From Candidatus Heimdallarchaeota archaeon (GTDB taxonomy: Archaea; Asgardarchaeota; Heimdallarchaeia; Heimdallarchaeales; Heimdallarchaeaceae), in the NCBI GenBank assembly GCA_021399345.1, contig JAAFKI010000112.1:45753-109752 (forward strand): a stretch of 64,000 bases of DNA. The letters are read 5' to 3'. The notes beneath the pieces are model-generated. The model did no database searches, was not told the DNA's origin, and saw only the letters and a program-made list of their open reading frames with translations. This document shows, piece by piece, positions 42,635 to 53,050 of this stretch (its first letter is position 1; the number at the start of each line of letters is the position of its first letter). Position numbers and translations under genes: made by a program.

Positions 42635-44029
42635 ATGAGCAGTGAGGAATTAGACGACTTCAGTAATTCAGTGAATAGTGACCAAAGTGTGTCTTCTCGC
42701 CAAAAAATCTACATCGGTCTTACTAAATCTGGCTCTGATATGTTTAGTGTTTTCTTTGCTGGGGCTTTGTTTGGTTTTTATGTTGATATATTACATATGA
42801 ATCCTCAAAGCTATGGGATTGTTATGATTATTTTTGCCGTTTGGAATGCAATAAATGACCCTATATTTGGCTATATGTCAGATAAAAAAAGACTGGATAA
42901 AAGAGGAAAAAGAACTTTTTTCATCCGTTTATCTACACCAATCTACTTTATTGGCTATACCATGTTCTGGTTTGCATTTCCTTCATGGTCACAAACTTGG
43001 CTTTTCATTTTCCTTCTTATTTCTCTATTTATTTTTGATACTGGGTTAACTATAGCTGGTTTGAATATAAGTGCGCTTCAAACCGATCAAACTACAAGTA
43101 CTAATGAACGAACTAGAATAATGCTAATCTCTATGCTGGTTAGCTTGCTACCTGTAGGAATAGCTTCACTTGCGCCTAATCTAGTACTAACTTCAACTAA
43201 GCTTAGTAATATCGATATGTCATTGATATTTATTGCAGGAGGTATAGTTGCTGCCTTATTCATGGGTTTTGGGGCATACAAACTAAAAGAACATTCACTT
43301 GAAAAAGAAGGTACAGAACCTTTACCTATATTTGCAGCAATTAAAGAAACCTTGAAATCAAAATCATTTATTTTCTTCGTTATTTTTTCTTTTATGATGA
43401 ATGCAGTTACCCTGAATTTAGTTGCTATTATACCTCTGCACTTCAAATATGTATTTATGTTAAATGGAATTGAGGTACTAATCATTAGTGTTGTAACGGG
43501 TGTAGTTTATATTCCTTTATTATTTGTTTACGAGAGATTACAGAAGAAATATGGACTAAGAAATAGTTTTTTCATAGCTATAATTCTAATGATAATAGGG
43601 TGTTTAGGCCTATTTTTCGCTAATTCTATAGTCCTCATGGCTATCTCATATGGACTATGTTTATGGATGTCAGCACTTTGGTGGCTTTTAGTAAATCCTA
43701 TGGTTGGTGACATTGCAGATGAAGATGAACTTAAAACCAATAATAGAAGAGAGGGAATGTTTTTTGGAACAAATGCACTTATCACAAAACCAGCTTCATC
43801 ACTCATAATATTCGTTTTTACTGCAATAATCAAGTTTTACGGCTATGATTCCCATTTAGATATACAATCTTCTGAAGCTCTATTTGGAATCCGTTTAGGA
43901 TTAGGTATTCTTCCTCTTGCATTTTTAGTACTTGCTTTCATAGCTCTGTACTTCTATCCATTGCATGGAAAGAAATTGAAACAAGTTAAATTGAATTTGA
44001 ATAATCTTCATAGTAAAAGGAAGGTTTAG
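42635..44029 (+). CDS. MFS transporter, glycoside-pentoside-hexuronide (GPH) cation symporter family
   Basis: It has 12 TM helices and the GPH signature after TM2 (DKKRLDKRGKRTFFI). Confidence 0.78.
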   Translation: MSSEELDDFSNSVNSDQSVSSRQKIYIGLTKSGSDMFSVFFAGALFGFYVDILHMNPQSYGIVMIIFAVWNAINDPIFGYMSDKKRLDKRGKRTFFIRLSTPIYFIGYTMFWFAFPSWSQTWLFIFLLISLFIFDTGLTIAGLNISALQTDQTTSTNERTRIMLISMLVSLLPVGIASLAPNLVLTSTKLSNIDMSLIFIAGGIVAALFMGFGAYKLKEHSLEKEGTEPLPIFAAIKETLKSKSFIFFVIFSFMMNAVTLNLVAIIPLHFKYVFMLNGIEVLIISVVTGVVYIPLLFVYERLQKKYGLRNSFFIAIILMIIGCLGLFFANSIVLMAISYGLCLWMSALWWLLVNPMVGDIADEDELKTNNRREGMFFGTNALITKPASSLIIFVFTAIIKFYGYDSHLDIQSSEALFGIRLGLGILPLAFLVLAFIALYFYPLHGKKLKQVKLNLNNLHSKRKV

Positions 44030-44043
44030 ATCTAATTACTACT

Positions 44044-44382
44044 TCATGCTTCTAAATTTGAATTTCTCTCTTTCAAAATTTCCAAAGATATCTCTAAAAG
44101 AAAGAAATCTTCAAGTTTTATCCAAGAAGTCTTAACAAGAATAGGGAACTCGTAAGATGTAAGGGATGTACATTTGTGGTTAGAATATGAGAAAATCTCA
44201 GGATGTCCTATTTCTCCACAGAGAAGACAAATTCGCCATCTTGCTGATGACATAGAAAGTTTTTGATAAGATTCAGAATAAAGTAATATTCCCTCTTCAA
44301 AAGGAATCTTTGACAAAATAGAACAGTATTTTTTAGCGATGGATCTTATTAGTTCTTTTTTCCTATCGGTAATGTCCGGCAT
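44044..44382 (-). CDS. Small conserved protein of novel 'MPDI' zinc-ribbon-like family (paralog 1)
   Basis: It has MPDITDRKKELIRSIAKKY, ARWRICLLCG-x12-HKC, and PILVKTSWIKLEDFF. It shares the family signature with four other copies in this window. Confidence 0.6.
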   Translation of the reverse strand: MPDITDRKKELIRSIAKKYCSILSKIPFEEGILLYSESYQKLSMSSARWRICLLCGEIGHPEIFSYSNHKCTSLTSYEFPILVKTSWIKLEDFFLLEISLEILKERNSNLEA

Positions 44383-44437
44383 ATTCCATCTCTCTGCATA
44401 AGGTGAAAAAAATGAAAGAAGATTCCGGATAGATTAA

Positions 44438-44716
44438 CTATTGTCTGAAATCTTCAGCTTGAAAAATTCCTAAGGGATAAATACCTTCAGTAGGTAAATT
44501 AGGTATCTTATCTATGATTGCTTTAATAGCATCAATATTTTTTGCATCCCATTGACAGAGAATCTTCATAATGTGACCTTTTTCATTTAAGATTGCCCAA
44601 CTTTTAACCCAGTAAGCATCAGCAGTACAGAAAGCTTTAACTCCTTGACCTATAGGAGTTGCAGCTTCAACAGGAGCTGGTTCTGGGAAAGGGTGTATTG
44701 CTAGAAATTTTGGCAT
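44438..44716 (-). CDS. Small hypothetical protein
   Basis: A 92-aa ORF beginning MPKFLAIHPF. It lies between a secreted-protein gene and MPDI paralog 1 on the same strand. Confidence 0.4.
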   Translation of the reverse strand: MPKFLAIHPFPEPAPVEAATPIGQGVKAFCTADAYWVKSWAILNEKGHIMKILCQWDAKNIDAIKAIIDKIPNLPTEGIYPLGIFQAEDFRQ

Positions 44717-44804
44717 GTTTTTTAACCTCCTAATTTTATGTTTCGATCAAATTTTCGTTTTGTTCTTTGGTGAAAAAAAAATGAAAAGGTGATTTTGCAT
44801 TCTA

Positions 44805-45464
44805 TCATAGTATAGTGAACCAAATGTCGTCAGGTGGTGTTATGAAATTGGGAATTGGCCCAGGGAATATACCCATAGGGTTCATCCAATAATATGTAAC
44901 TAAGTGATATGTACCAGGTTCTAGTGCTCCAGGCTTGAACAAAGCTCCTACATTAAACCACCATAATATTGGGTCACCATGGATATCAACACCAATACCT
45001 TTCTTAAGTGGTGTATATGTCATTTCCAGTGGTTCTCCGTTTAAGGTAGCAGTGGTAGTAAACCAAGAGAGATACTCCATACATCCTTTGTTGATATTAT
45101 CATATGTGAAAATAACTCCAAAATAATACCACATAATGAATTGAGCTAATTGAAGAACATTTTCAGTTACGTAAATTGCTCCATAAATACCATGAGCATC
45201 TTCATAGTTGTAAGTCAATCCATCGTACCATGGAACAATTCTTCCTCCATTAAATCTACCATCAAGAATTGCAGGTAATGTTTCTCTTTCAATAACATCG
45301 AACTCAGCGTTGAATGTCAAAGAATTTCCACCGTTTAGCATTGCATTGAAACTAGCTACAACGTCTCCATAAGTAACATAGTCATTTGCAGCAGCAACAG
45401 GCAGTAATCCAAAAAGTAGAATGCAAAATCCACTCAGCAAGATTACAGTTTTTTTCTTATTCAT
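44805..45464 (-). CDS. Secreted hypothetical protein
   Basis: It has a signal peptide (MNKKKTVILLSGFCILLFGLLPVAAA) and is Trp/Tyr-rich. Confidence 0.5.
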   Translation of the reverse strand: MNKKKTVILLSGFCILLFGLLPVAAANDYVTYGDVVASFNAMLNGGNSLTFNAEFDVIERETLPAILDGRFNGGRIVPWYDGLTYNYEDAHGIYGAIYVTENVLQLAQFIMWYYFGVIFTYDNINKGCMEYLSWFTTTATLNGEPLEMTYTPLKKGIGVDIHGDPILWWFNVGALFKPGALEPGTYHLVTYYWMNPMGIFPGPIPNFITPPDDIWFTIL

Positions 45465-45607
45465 TTTTTAACCTCCAAATGAATATGCAACATAACAGGA
45501 CACACATATGTATCTTGTTTTGCCACATACATATGTGACAAGAATAGACGCATATAAAAAGTTTTCTCAAAAAAATTGCGATTCTATAAAAATAAAAGAA
45601 AGAAAAA

Positions 45608-46048
45608 TTATACTCGTTCTTTTTCAGTTGCAGGAATCTTCGTTTGTTCTGATTCCTTTGTTTCCTTTGATATTTTAGTAACCAAGGTCAGTGAGGGGAG
45701 TCTATCGATACCTGCTTCCTTCATGAAGTCCTTGTAAGTATCTGTTAAGAAGAATTCCTTTAGTTTATACCAAGAGGTTTTAATGAGAACCGGAAAATCA
45801 TGCACGTCTAATAAACATTTGTGCTTTTCTAACTCTTCTCCTTCCTTTAGATCTTTCTGGGTTTTGGATTTCAGTATATCTCCACATTTTAAGCAGAATT
45901 TCCACCTTGCGGGATGTATATTTAACTTTTCATTTGTTTTCACATAGAGAATCAATCCTTCGTTAAAAGGTATCCTCCAAATAGAGACAGCATATTGTTT
46001 TGCTATCTCCCTAATCTGTGATTTTTCAGCATCAGTTATATCTGGCAA
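45608..46048 (-). CDS. Small conserved protein of 'MPDI' family (paralog 2, probable TTG start)
   Basis: The ORF-track start at 46087 adds 13 residues. The family-conserved N-terminus (L)PDITDAEKSQIREIAKQYA begins at a TTG codon at 46048. It has ARWKFCLKCG-x19-HKC and PVLIKTSWYKLKEFF. Confidence 0.6.
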   Translation of the reverse strand: MPDITDAEKSQIREIAKQYAVSIWRIPFNEGLILYVKTNEKLNIHPARWKFCLKCGDILKSKTQKDLKEGEELEKHKCLLDVHDFPVLIKTSWYKLKEFFLTDTYKDFMKEAGIDRLPSLTLVTKISKETKESEQTKIPATEKERV

Positions 46049-46207
46049 TGAAAATCCTACTCCTACGTGTACTAGAATCTGACACATATAATAAATCTTC
46101 TGTATAACTTAGGTTTAATGATCTAGTAAGTAAATTATCTCAAATTATTGGAAAGTATTATAAAACCTGGTGAGTTAATATTGTGATTAAACAGTTGATA
46201 GAGCAAG

Positions 46208-48130
46208 ATGAAAGGAATTTTCGTTAAAGAGTTAGAAGAGATAGAATCGCTCATAGATAAGGGAAAGTATAACGTGGCTTTAGAGCATATTGATTCAACA
46301 TCATCTCAGGAAGCAATTTCTGCAGTGGAGAAGACAAAATGTACTATTTTTAGATATCGGGTATATTCTGAATTAGCTAAGTATGCTGAAGCTATAAAGC
46401 TTGGTGAAAAAGCCTTTGAGGAAAGCCAAAAACTAAATAATAAACACCTAATGTTTGATTCACTCGTATATTTTCCTTACATTTACTTTATTGCTGGAGA
46501 ATATGAATTGAGAAAGGAAAAAGTTAAACTTGCAGGTCAAATACTTGAATCAATTGAAGATAAAGATTCTTCAGATTATTTTCTCAGAAAAGCTATATTT
46601 CTAACTATGAAAAGTGATAGTTTTGAACAAGCTATAGAAAATCTTGAAGAAAGTATTGAAATCTCTAAGAAATTTGGATTTGATAGAATATTAGTTGATT
46701 CATACCATACGCAAGCTTGTACTTATCTTTGGTCTGGAGGAATCACAAAATCTCTTAAACTAAATCAACAAGCATTAGGTCTTGCTGAAGAAATAGATTA
46801 CTACTGGGGAATCACCAGTGCTATGTTTTCTTTAGCCGTTACCTATTTGCATAAAGGGGAATTAGAACAAGCCCTGGATTATTTCTTGCAAACAAAAACG
46901 CTAATTGAAGAAGGTGATGACTTATATTTTATAGCCTGCTTGTATTTGGATCTAGGTTATTTATATTGGTTAAAAAGAGATCTTAAATCCTCACTTGATT
47001 ATTATAAGAAATCTGTTTCCACTTTTAAAGAAGCTAAAGTTGTAAGTACACGTCATTTACCATGGACTCTATTCCGAATGAATTTAGTTCTTATTGAAAT
47101 GGAACATTATGATGAAGCACTCAAGAATATTGAACAGATTGAGCTCTTATTCCTAATGAAAGATACTCCTGTTTTCAAACTATTCTACCATCTTGCAAAA
47201 GCTGTTTTTCTTAAAACAAAAACAGATGATGATTGTTGGAATGAAGCTACACTTCTTCTCGAGGAAGTTGCTGATGAAGAACTTGTTTATCTTGAGTTAA
47301 ATGGTTTAGTAATCTTCCATCTATGTGATGTATATCTAAAGAAAATACAAACTTCAAATGATTTGGATGCATTTGGGAAACTAAAAAATAGGATACAAGA
47401 GTTAGCAGAAATGGCTAGAGAGCAAAAATCTGTCATTCTGCTTGTTCAATCTCTCTTGTTGCAATCAAAGCTAGAACTAATTGATTTAGACATTGAAAAA
47501 AGCCAATCGCTATTAGGAAAAGCACAATCTATTGCAGAGGAAAAAGGACTTACTAAACTTGCTAAGGTTGTTTCAAATGAATTTGATATTCTCTTAGATC
47601 AATTGAGTACTTGGGAAGATATGTCAACGTATTTACCAAGCTTAGAAGAAAGGTTTGAATTTACTCATATTGAAAATTATCTAAACAAAATGATGAGAGA
47701 CTATATTATACATGAAAGCATTGTTGATGAAGAAGAAGCACCAGTATTTTTCTTACTGCTGAATAAGGAAGGAGTCATTCTGTTTTCTGAGAAATTCAAT
47801 GAAGTATCTCTGGAAGGTGAATTACTTGGAGAAATATTATCATTTATCAATAGACTCAATTCAAGATCAATGTTTCCGTCTGAAACAACCAAGAGGATAA
47901 AACATAAAAATTATACAGTTGCGATTAATGCTCAAGAAGACATATTTCTAGTATATGCTTTCATTGGAAAATCTTATCATGCTTTGCAGAGAATAAATTC
48001 CCTCATCAAGGAATTTCGCACTTTTACAAGTGGGTGGCAGGAGTTTTTTGGTAAACTAAAGAACAAGGAAGAGTTGTCTTATTCTGATAGAAAACAATTA
48101 TCTGAATACCTAGAAGGTGTTTTTTTCTAA
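46208..48130 (+). CDS. TPR-repeat protein with conserved C-terminal alpha/beta domain (family member A)
   Basis: It has about 450 aa of TPR-like helical repeats and a conserved linker (LSTWEDMSTYLPSLEERFEFTHIENYLNKMM). Its C-terminal domain of about 130 aa (PVFFLLLNKEGVILFSE...IFLVYAFIGKSY) is shared with 48164..50302 and 56944..58890. Confidence 0.72.
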   Translation: MKGIFVKELEEIESLIDKGKYNVALEHIDSTSSQEAISAVEKTKCTIFRYRVYSELAKYAEAIKLGEKAFEESQKLNNKHLMFDSLVYFPYIYFIAGEYELRKEKVKLAGQILESIEDKDSSDYFLRKAIFLTMKSDSFEQAIENLEESIEISKKFGFDRILVDSYHTQACTYLWSGGITKSLKLNQQALGLAEEIDYYWGITSAMFSLAVTYLHKGELEQALDYFLQTKTLIEEGDDLYFIACLYLDLGYLYWLKRDLKSSLDYYKKSVSTFKEAKVVSTRHLPWTLFRMNLVLIEMEHYDEALKNIEQIELLFLMKDTPVFKLFYHLAKAVFLKTKTDDDCWNEATLLLEEVADEELVYLELNGLVIFHLCDVYLKKIQTSNDLDAFGKLKNRIQELAEMAREQKSVILLVQSLLLQSKLELIDLDIEKSQSLLGKAQSIAEEKGLTKLAKVVSNEFDILLDQLSTWEDMSTYLPSLEERFEFTHIENYLNKMMRDYIIHESIVDEEEAPVFFLLLNKEGVILFSEKFNEVSLEGELLGEILSFINRLNSRSMFPSETTKRIKHKNYTVAINAQEDIFLVYAFIGKSYHALQRINSLIKEFRTFTSGWQEFFGKLKNKEELSYSDRKQLSEYLEGVFF

Positions 48131-48163
48131 ATATAAAAATAATCAAAACGTTATTCCAAGAAA

Positions 48164-50302
48164 TTAAATAAGATATTGTTTAACAAGTGATGATAATTGA
48201 ATCCTAGTTTCTAAATCGATGTTTTTCTTATTTAGCACAAAATCATTCAGAGTATTTGTGATGTCAGAATCTGAGAAATAATCCACGAATCGGGTAAATT
48301 TCTGTTTAGCTAAAAATGATTTGCCAACAAAAACATAACAGAGGAATAATCCTTGAGATTTCGATAAAATACACATAAATTCACGAAATTTAATTCGAAT
48401 TATAGAAACATCAGTTTCTAATAGTTCTCTTCTTTCTAGAATCTTAGGATATAAATCTGAAAATTTGGTTTCCTCTAAAGTTCTAGATGAGAATGAATCT
48501 GAAAATTCTATTCTCCCCTCATTATTAAAAATTATAAAGAAAATAGGTTGTTCTTTTTCGATTATAACATCCGTGTAGTTAACCCATCTAGTCATCACTT
48601 TACTCAGAATCTCCTCAATGTGAGTTGTTTCAAAACGTTCTTCCAAAGAAGGCAAACGATCGGAAAGGTCATCCCAGACATCTAATTGTTCCAGAAGAAC
48701 ATCATATTCGTTAGAAATAAGTATCTCTAGTCTCTTCAATCCTTTTTCATTTGCTAGTTTTTGAGCTTCTTCAAGTACATTTAACGAATCTTCAACATTG
48801 AACTCTAATATAAATAATTTAGATTGTAAGAAATATAATTCTATTAATAATAAGAAGTTTTGATTACTTTCCGCTATATAGGAAAGATTCTTGATATTTT
48901 GTTTTAATTCTCCAATTAGTTTCATGTCCTTAGTATCTTTAAATTGTTCAAGTAAAATATCACAAAGATAAAGGTAGGATTTCTCTGTTGCTTTAAAGAA
49001 CGAAATTTGATCTTCAATCACTTTTTCAAAAATCTCTTTAGCTTTTGGTTGATTCTCTTTATTATATCTTAGAAAGATAGCCTGACTAACTTGATAATAA
49101 ATGGATATCCTCTTATTTGGATTTGACTCATTAAGTTTAGCTAGCTCAAACAAGTATTCTTCTGCTTTTACAAAATTTCTTTGTTCAGCATAAAATGTAA
49201 TTAGGTTGAAATAAGCCATCGCAACATGAATAGTACATTCATATTTTTGTCTAAATTCTAAGCTTTTCTTACTATATTCTATTGCTTGATCCAATTCTCC
49301 TTTTTGATAAAAAGTTTCTCCGAGATAGCCGTAAGCATCTCCCAAAGTAAGAAATTGTTTTGAATCGTGAAAAGCTTCCAGAACAAACTGATAGTTTTCT
49401 AGAGCTTCTGAAAGATTTCCATGGTAATAGTTTTTACACCCTCTGAGCAATTGTCTCCACCCCACATAAGAATCGCTACTTAATCCTTTCTCATAAAGAA
49501 TAGCCAACTCTTCATATTTTGAGCTATTAATCATGTCTCCACTATGAACATAAGCAAAACTCAAATGTATCATTGAATGCCATTTTCTATATTGAGAGGT
49601 AGATTCTTTTGCGTATTCTAAGTATTGAAGACCATAATCTATTGCTATTTTAAAGAATCCCTTTTCAGTATAAGCATACCTAAAGCAAGCTAAAGATCTC
49701 ATTATTAGCTCTTTATAATTGAGTTTTTTAGCAAGTAAATGCAATTCTTGAGATTTCTCTATAGATTTATCAGAATCACCCACATACATCAATGACCAAC
49801 ATAAATCATTCAAAAATTCTGAATAATAGAACTCTTCATTGAAATCTCTTATTATATTCAGAATTGTTTCTAAATAGTGGTTAAAAAGAGAGAATTGGAT
49901 ATTATACTTATATTGAAATTTTGTTTTTGCTTTTAACAAGATAATACATTTATGTCTTACTTCTTTTGATTGCTTTTTTAGCAAGTTTCTTGTTTTTAGT
50001 TGTAAAGTTTCAGGAATTTTGGAACTAGAATCCATTAATTCAATAATTTCTAATTCCATTGGTGGAGCAATATCTTCTAGAAGTTTATTTGTCTCAGCTG
50101 TTAATTCATCTCTGTCTCCAAAAAAATCAACTCTATCGATTAGAAGCATTCGCAAGATTAATGTTTCAAGCCTTTGAAAAGGGGTTATTCTGTCATTCTC
50201 TTCAATTTCTTTTATTAAGATTGAAAAGCTCCTGTGTTTTTCACTAATCAAGAACTTCTTAGCTAATTGTAAATTAGATTGTAGAGACGGCATTTGAAAC
50301 AT
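48164..50302 (-). CDS. TPR-repeat protein with conserved C-terminal alpha/beta domain (family member B)
   Basis: It has TPR repeats, a linker (LDVWDDLSDRLPSLEERFETTHIEEILSKVM) and the C-terminal domain (PIFFIIFNNEGRIEFSD...LFLCYVFVGKSF). Confidence 0.72.
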   Translation of the reverse strand: MFQMPSLQSNLQLAKKFLISEKHRSFSILIKEIEENDRITPFQRLETLILRMLLIDRVDFFGDRDELTAETNKLLEDIAPPMELEIIELMDSSSKIPETLQLKTRNLLKKQSKEVRHKCIILLKAKTKFQYKYNIQFSLFNHYLETILNIIRDFNEEFYYSEFLNDLCWSLMYVGDSDKSIEKSQELHLLAKKLNYKELIMRSLACFRYAYTEKGFFKIAIDYGLQYLEYAKESTSQYRKWHSMIHLSFAYVHSGDMINSSKYEELAILYEKGLSSDSYVGWRQLLRGCKNYYHGNLSEALENYQFVLEAFHDSKQFLTLGDAYGYLGETFYQKGELDQAIEYSKKSLEFRQKYECTIHVAMAYFNLITFYAEQRNFVKAEEYLFELAKLNESNPNKRISIYYQVSQAIFLRYNKENQPKAKEIFEKVIEDQISFFKATEKSYLYLCDILLEQFKDTKDMKLIGELKQNIKNLSYIAESNQNFLLLIELYFLQSKLFILEFNVEDSLNVLEEAQKLANEKGLKRLEILISNEYDVLLEQLDVWDDLSDRLPSLEERFETTHIEEILSKVMTRWVNYTDVIIEKEQPIFFIIFNNEGRIEFSDSFSSRTLEETKFSDLYPKILERRELLETDVSIIRIKFREFMCILSKSQGLFLCYVFVGKSFLAKQKFTRFVDYFSDSDITNTLNDFVLNKKNIDLETRIQLSSLVKQYLI

Positions 50303-50434
50303 CCAAATTAGAGATTTAACACGTTAAATACATTTTTGCATATAAATTTCTTATGCTTAAGAATCAGTACTTACATGAATCAAAACTAAATCTTCAGAAA
50401 TATAAACAAAAAAAGGAAAAATGAAGGTATTGGA

Positions 50435-51778
50435 CTATTTCTTCCTACTTCTTCTAATTACTAGAATTATTATAGAAATTGAGGTTAGGAAAAATACTAA
50501 ACCAATCTTTTGTGAAAGCTCAGGGACTATAAGGGGGGTTCCTAGAGGATAAGGGTCAACAGAACTGGCTGTTCCAGCAATGACATAATCTCCGCCGTAC
50601 CAGTTATTCCACCAGTTTCCTTCGTTGGTAGTAGTATCAAACCAAATGTTGTTAGCTCCAGAATCACTTGCTTGAGAATTTCCAATATTATTATCTATGA
50701 AATGATTATGGTGGATAATTATATTAGAAACAGCAACATCAAGAACTATACCAAAGCTTGGGTGCTGTTGAATAGTATTGTAGGTTATATTGGTGTTAAT
50801 TGTACTTTGCAATTCTAATCCAAAGACCTCACTTCCAATAAAGGAATTATTTGAGATTTGAAGATTTTCAGAATTAATAACAAGAAGGTTATTTTTTTCA
50901 TTTGCTTCAAAGGTATTGTTAATTATATCTGCATAGGAGACAATATTCATAAATATACCCGCAATTTCCCAATGTTCGAAATCAGGAAGTCCATCCATTG
51001 CTATGTTCTTCACTATGTTTTCTTTAACCAAAATTCTATCAGAATTTGTTATATAAATCCCTGCGAAGAGAGTACTTTCTTCAAGATTCATATAGTTCTC
51101 TGTAATGTTAGTGTCTGAGCAATCATAAACAAATATTACTGAATAATCTTCGGGGTCATCGCTATATTTAAGATAATTTCCAGGTTCTTCTGGGTTTGAT
51201 CGAAGTTCGTTTTCAAAGTTGTTTTTGAATGTCAAGCTTGGAGGAACTAGTTTGTAAATATCATTGTTTTTTATTCTTGAATTAGTACAATTTTTCAGAA
51301 TGATACCCTTAACATATACGAGAGTATTATCCTCAATTACTGTACCTTTAGAATCTTCAACATAAATGCCGTTTCCTAATAGCATTAAATTGTTGTTAAT
51401 TATCTTAGCCGTGTTACTTTTAACATTTTCAATTAATATTCCAGATAATGTTGAACTAACTCCTAATCGGGAAATCTCGTTGTTTCTAATTTCAAAGTAT
51501 TTTGTTGTATTTGCAACAGTAATTCCAGATTCACCTTCCCCCACCTCAATATCTTTACCTTGTATGATGTATGGATGTGTTTCATTTCCATATCCAGGAT
51601 AGCTAGCAAAATCTGAATCATCGTCAATCAATATAATAGGATCAGCCTTTATAGAGGGCAAAAGATCATTTTGAGAAAAAGCATTAGTGGTGGTAATCAT
51701 ATTACTAGGGAGAAGAAATAACAGAAGTAGTATAGAAAAAATTGTTATTGATAGTATTTTTTTATTTTTCATTTTCAC
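50435..51778 (-). CDS. Secreted parallel beta-helix protein with C-terminal TM anchor (paralog of 31874..33577)
   Basis: It has a signal peptide and beta-helix rungs (NNNLMLLGNGIYVEDSKGTVIEDNTLVYVKG...). Its C-terminal GDYVIAGTASSVDPYPLG parallels IEGDGGSIDLYPFL of the 31874 protein, and it ends with a TM helix plus RRSRKK. Confidence 0.65.
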   Translation of the reverse strand: MKMKNKKILSITIFSILLLLFLLPSNMITTTNAFSQNDLLPSIKADPIILIDDDSDFASYPGYGNETHPYIIQGKDIEVGEGESGITVANTTKYFEIRNNEISRLGVSSTLSGILIENVKSNTAKIINNNLMLLGNGIYVEDSKGTVIEDNTLVYVKGIILKNCTNSRIKNNDIYKLVPPSLTFKNNFENELRSNPEEPGNYLKYSDDPEDYSVIFVYDCSDTNITENYMNLEESTLFAGIYITNSDRILVKENIVKNIAMDGLPDFEHWEIAGIFMNIVSYADIINNTFEANEKNNLLVINSENLQISNNSFIGSEVFGLELQSTINTNITYNTIQQHPSFGIVLDVAVSNIIIHHNHFIDNNIGNSQASDSGANNIWFDTTTNEGNWWNNWYGGDYVIAGTASSVDPYPLGTPLIVPELSQKIGLVFFLTSISIIILVIRRSRKK

Positions 51779-51880
51779 ACCTTAGTTTTGTAACTTTTTT
51801 GTCACACCCTATGTAATGTATTTGCTACATATAAGTATTTTGTAGAATAGGTAAACGAAAAGTAAATATAAAAGATTCGT

Positions 51881-52321
51881 TCATTTAGATTCTTCGGATA
51901 TTGCTTCAGAAACTTCTGTTTTGATCGCTTCGGCTTTAACTTGTTTAACAACAATTTTAAGTTTAGGTATCTCAGATAATCCAATCTCTTTTAGAATCTT
52001 ATTGTGTTGCTTTTGGATTAGGAAGAATTTTCGTAGTTGAAACCATGAGGTTTTTACTAATAAAGGGACATCTTCAAATTCCAAAATGCAAGAATGATTG
52101 ATTGTTTCATCCTTAGTTTTTGTATCTCTACCTAGAGTAGTTTTGAGAATCAAACCACATTTAAAACAATATCTCCATCTTGCGGGATGAATAAACAGTT
52201 CGTTGTTTGTTTTAACATATGCTACAATACCTTTATCAAAAGGGATAGTCCAAAGCTCTTGAGCATATTTTTTCGCTATTTCCCGAATTTCAGATTTATC
52301 TGAAGCAAGTATATCTGGCAT
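51881..52321 (-). CDS. Small conserved protein of 'MPDI' family (paralog 3)
   Basis: Starting at the internal Met (52321) gives MPDILASDKSEIREIAKKYA. It has ARWRYCFKCG-x19-HSC and PLLVKTSWFQLRKFF. Confidence 0.6.
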   Translation of the reverse strand: MPDILASDKSEIREIAKKYAQELWTIPFDKGIVAYVKTNNELFIHPARWRYCFKCGLILKTTLGRDTKTKDETINHSCILEFEDVPLLVKTSWFQLRKFFLIQKQHNKILKEIGLSEIPKLKIVVKQVKAEAIKTEVSEAISEESK

Positions 52322-52444
52322 GAGAATCACTCTTCTGTTGAGGGTGTACTAGAACAAGTTACATATAAGTTTTCTTTTATCTGAAAAAACCTCTTTTTGA
52401 ATCCATTGGAGTAGATTTAAGAAATAATATGCAATAACTGTTAT

Positions 52445-52990
52445 TTGGTAAAAATGTCACTTCATGATAGAGTAGAATTTTGGTTTATTTCCTTTATTCA
52501 CGATAAATTATATAGTCTTTCTATGAACCCAAAAAAACTCTTGTTGCCTGCAGGTTTAAAAGAAGGAGATAATGTTCTTGAAGTAGGGTGTGGTCCAGGA
52601 TTTTTCACATTACCATCTGCAGAAATTGTTGGTGACAAAGGGTTCATTTATGCTATAGATATCAATCCTTTTGCTATTAGAAAGGTTAAGAAAAAAATCG
52701 CTAAAGCTGGTGTTAAGAATGTTAAAGCTATGATTGTTGATGTAACTGAAACAACTTTGAAGGATTCCAGTATAGATATAGCTTTCTTCTTTGGTGTTAT
52801 TCATTCATTATATAGTATCATTGATAGGGTCATATTAGAAATGCATAGAATCTTGAAGGACGAAGGGATAATTGCTATCCAGAAGTCAGGAAAGTCTAAG
52901 GATTGTTTGGTAGACATCATAACACAGAATAATAAGTTCAAGTTCATAGAGGAAAAAAAGAGCGTGTTAGTATTTCAAAAAATAGAATAG
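52445..52990 (+). CDS. Class I SAM-dependent methyltransferase
   Basis: It has motif I (VLEVGCGPGFFTL), a post-I acidic residue (YAIDIN) and a Rossmann-like layout. Confidence 0.7.
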   Translation: MVKMSLHDRVEFWFISFIHDKLYSLSMNPKKLLLPAGLKEGDNVLEVGCGPGFFTLPSAEIVGDKGFIYAIDINPFAIRKVKKKIAKAGVKNVKAMIVDVTETTLKDSSIDIAFFFGVIHSLYSIIDRVILEMHRILKDEGIIAIQKSGKSKDCLVDIITQNNKFKFIEEKKSVLVFQKIE

Positions 52991-53050
52991 AAAAAGAGAG
53001 TAAATTAGCTCAGTTTATTCTGGAATTATTTAAAAAAAAAGATAGAAGAA

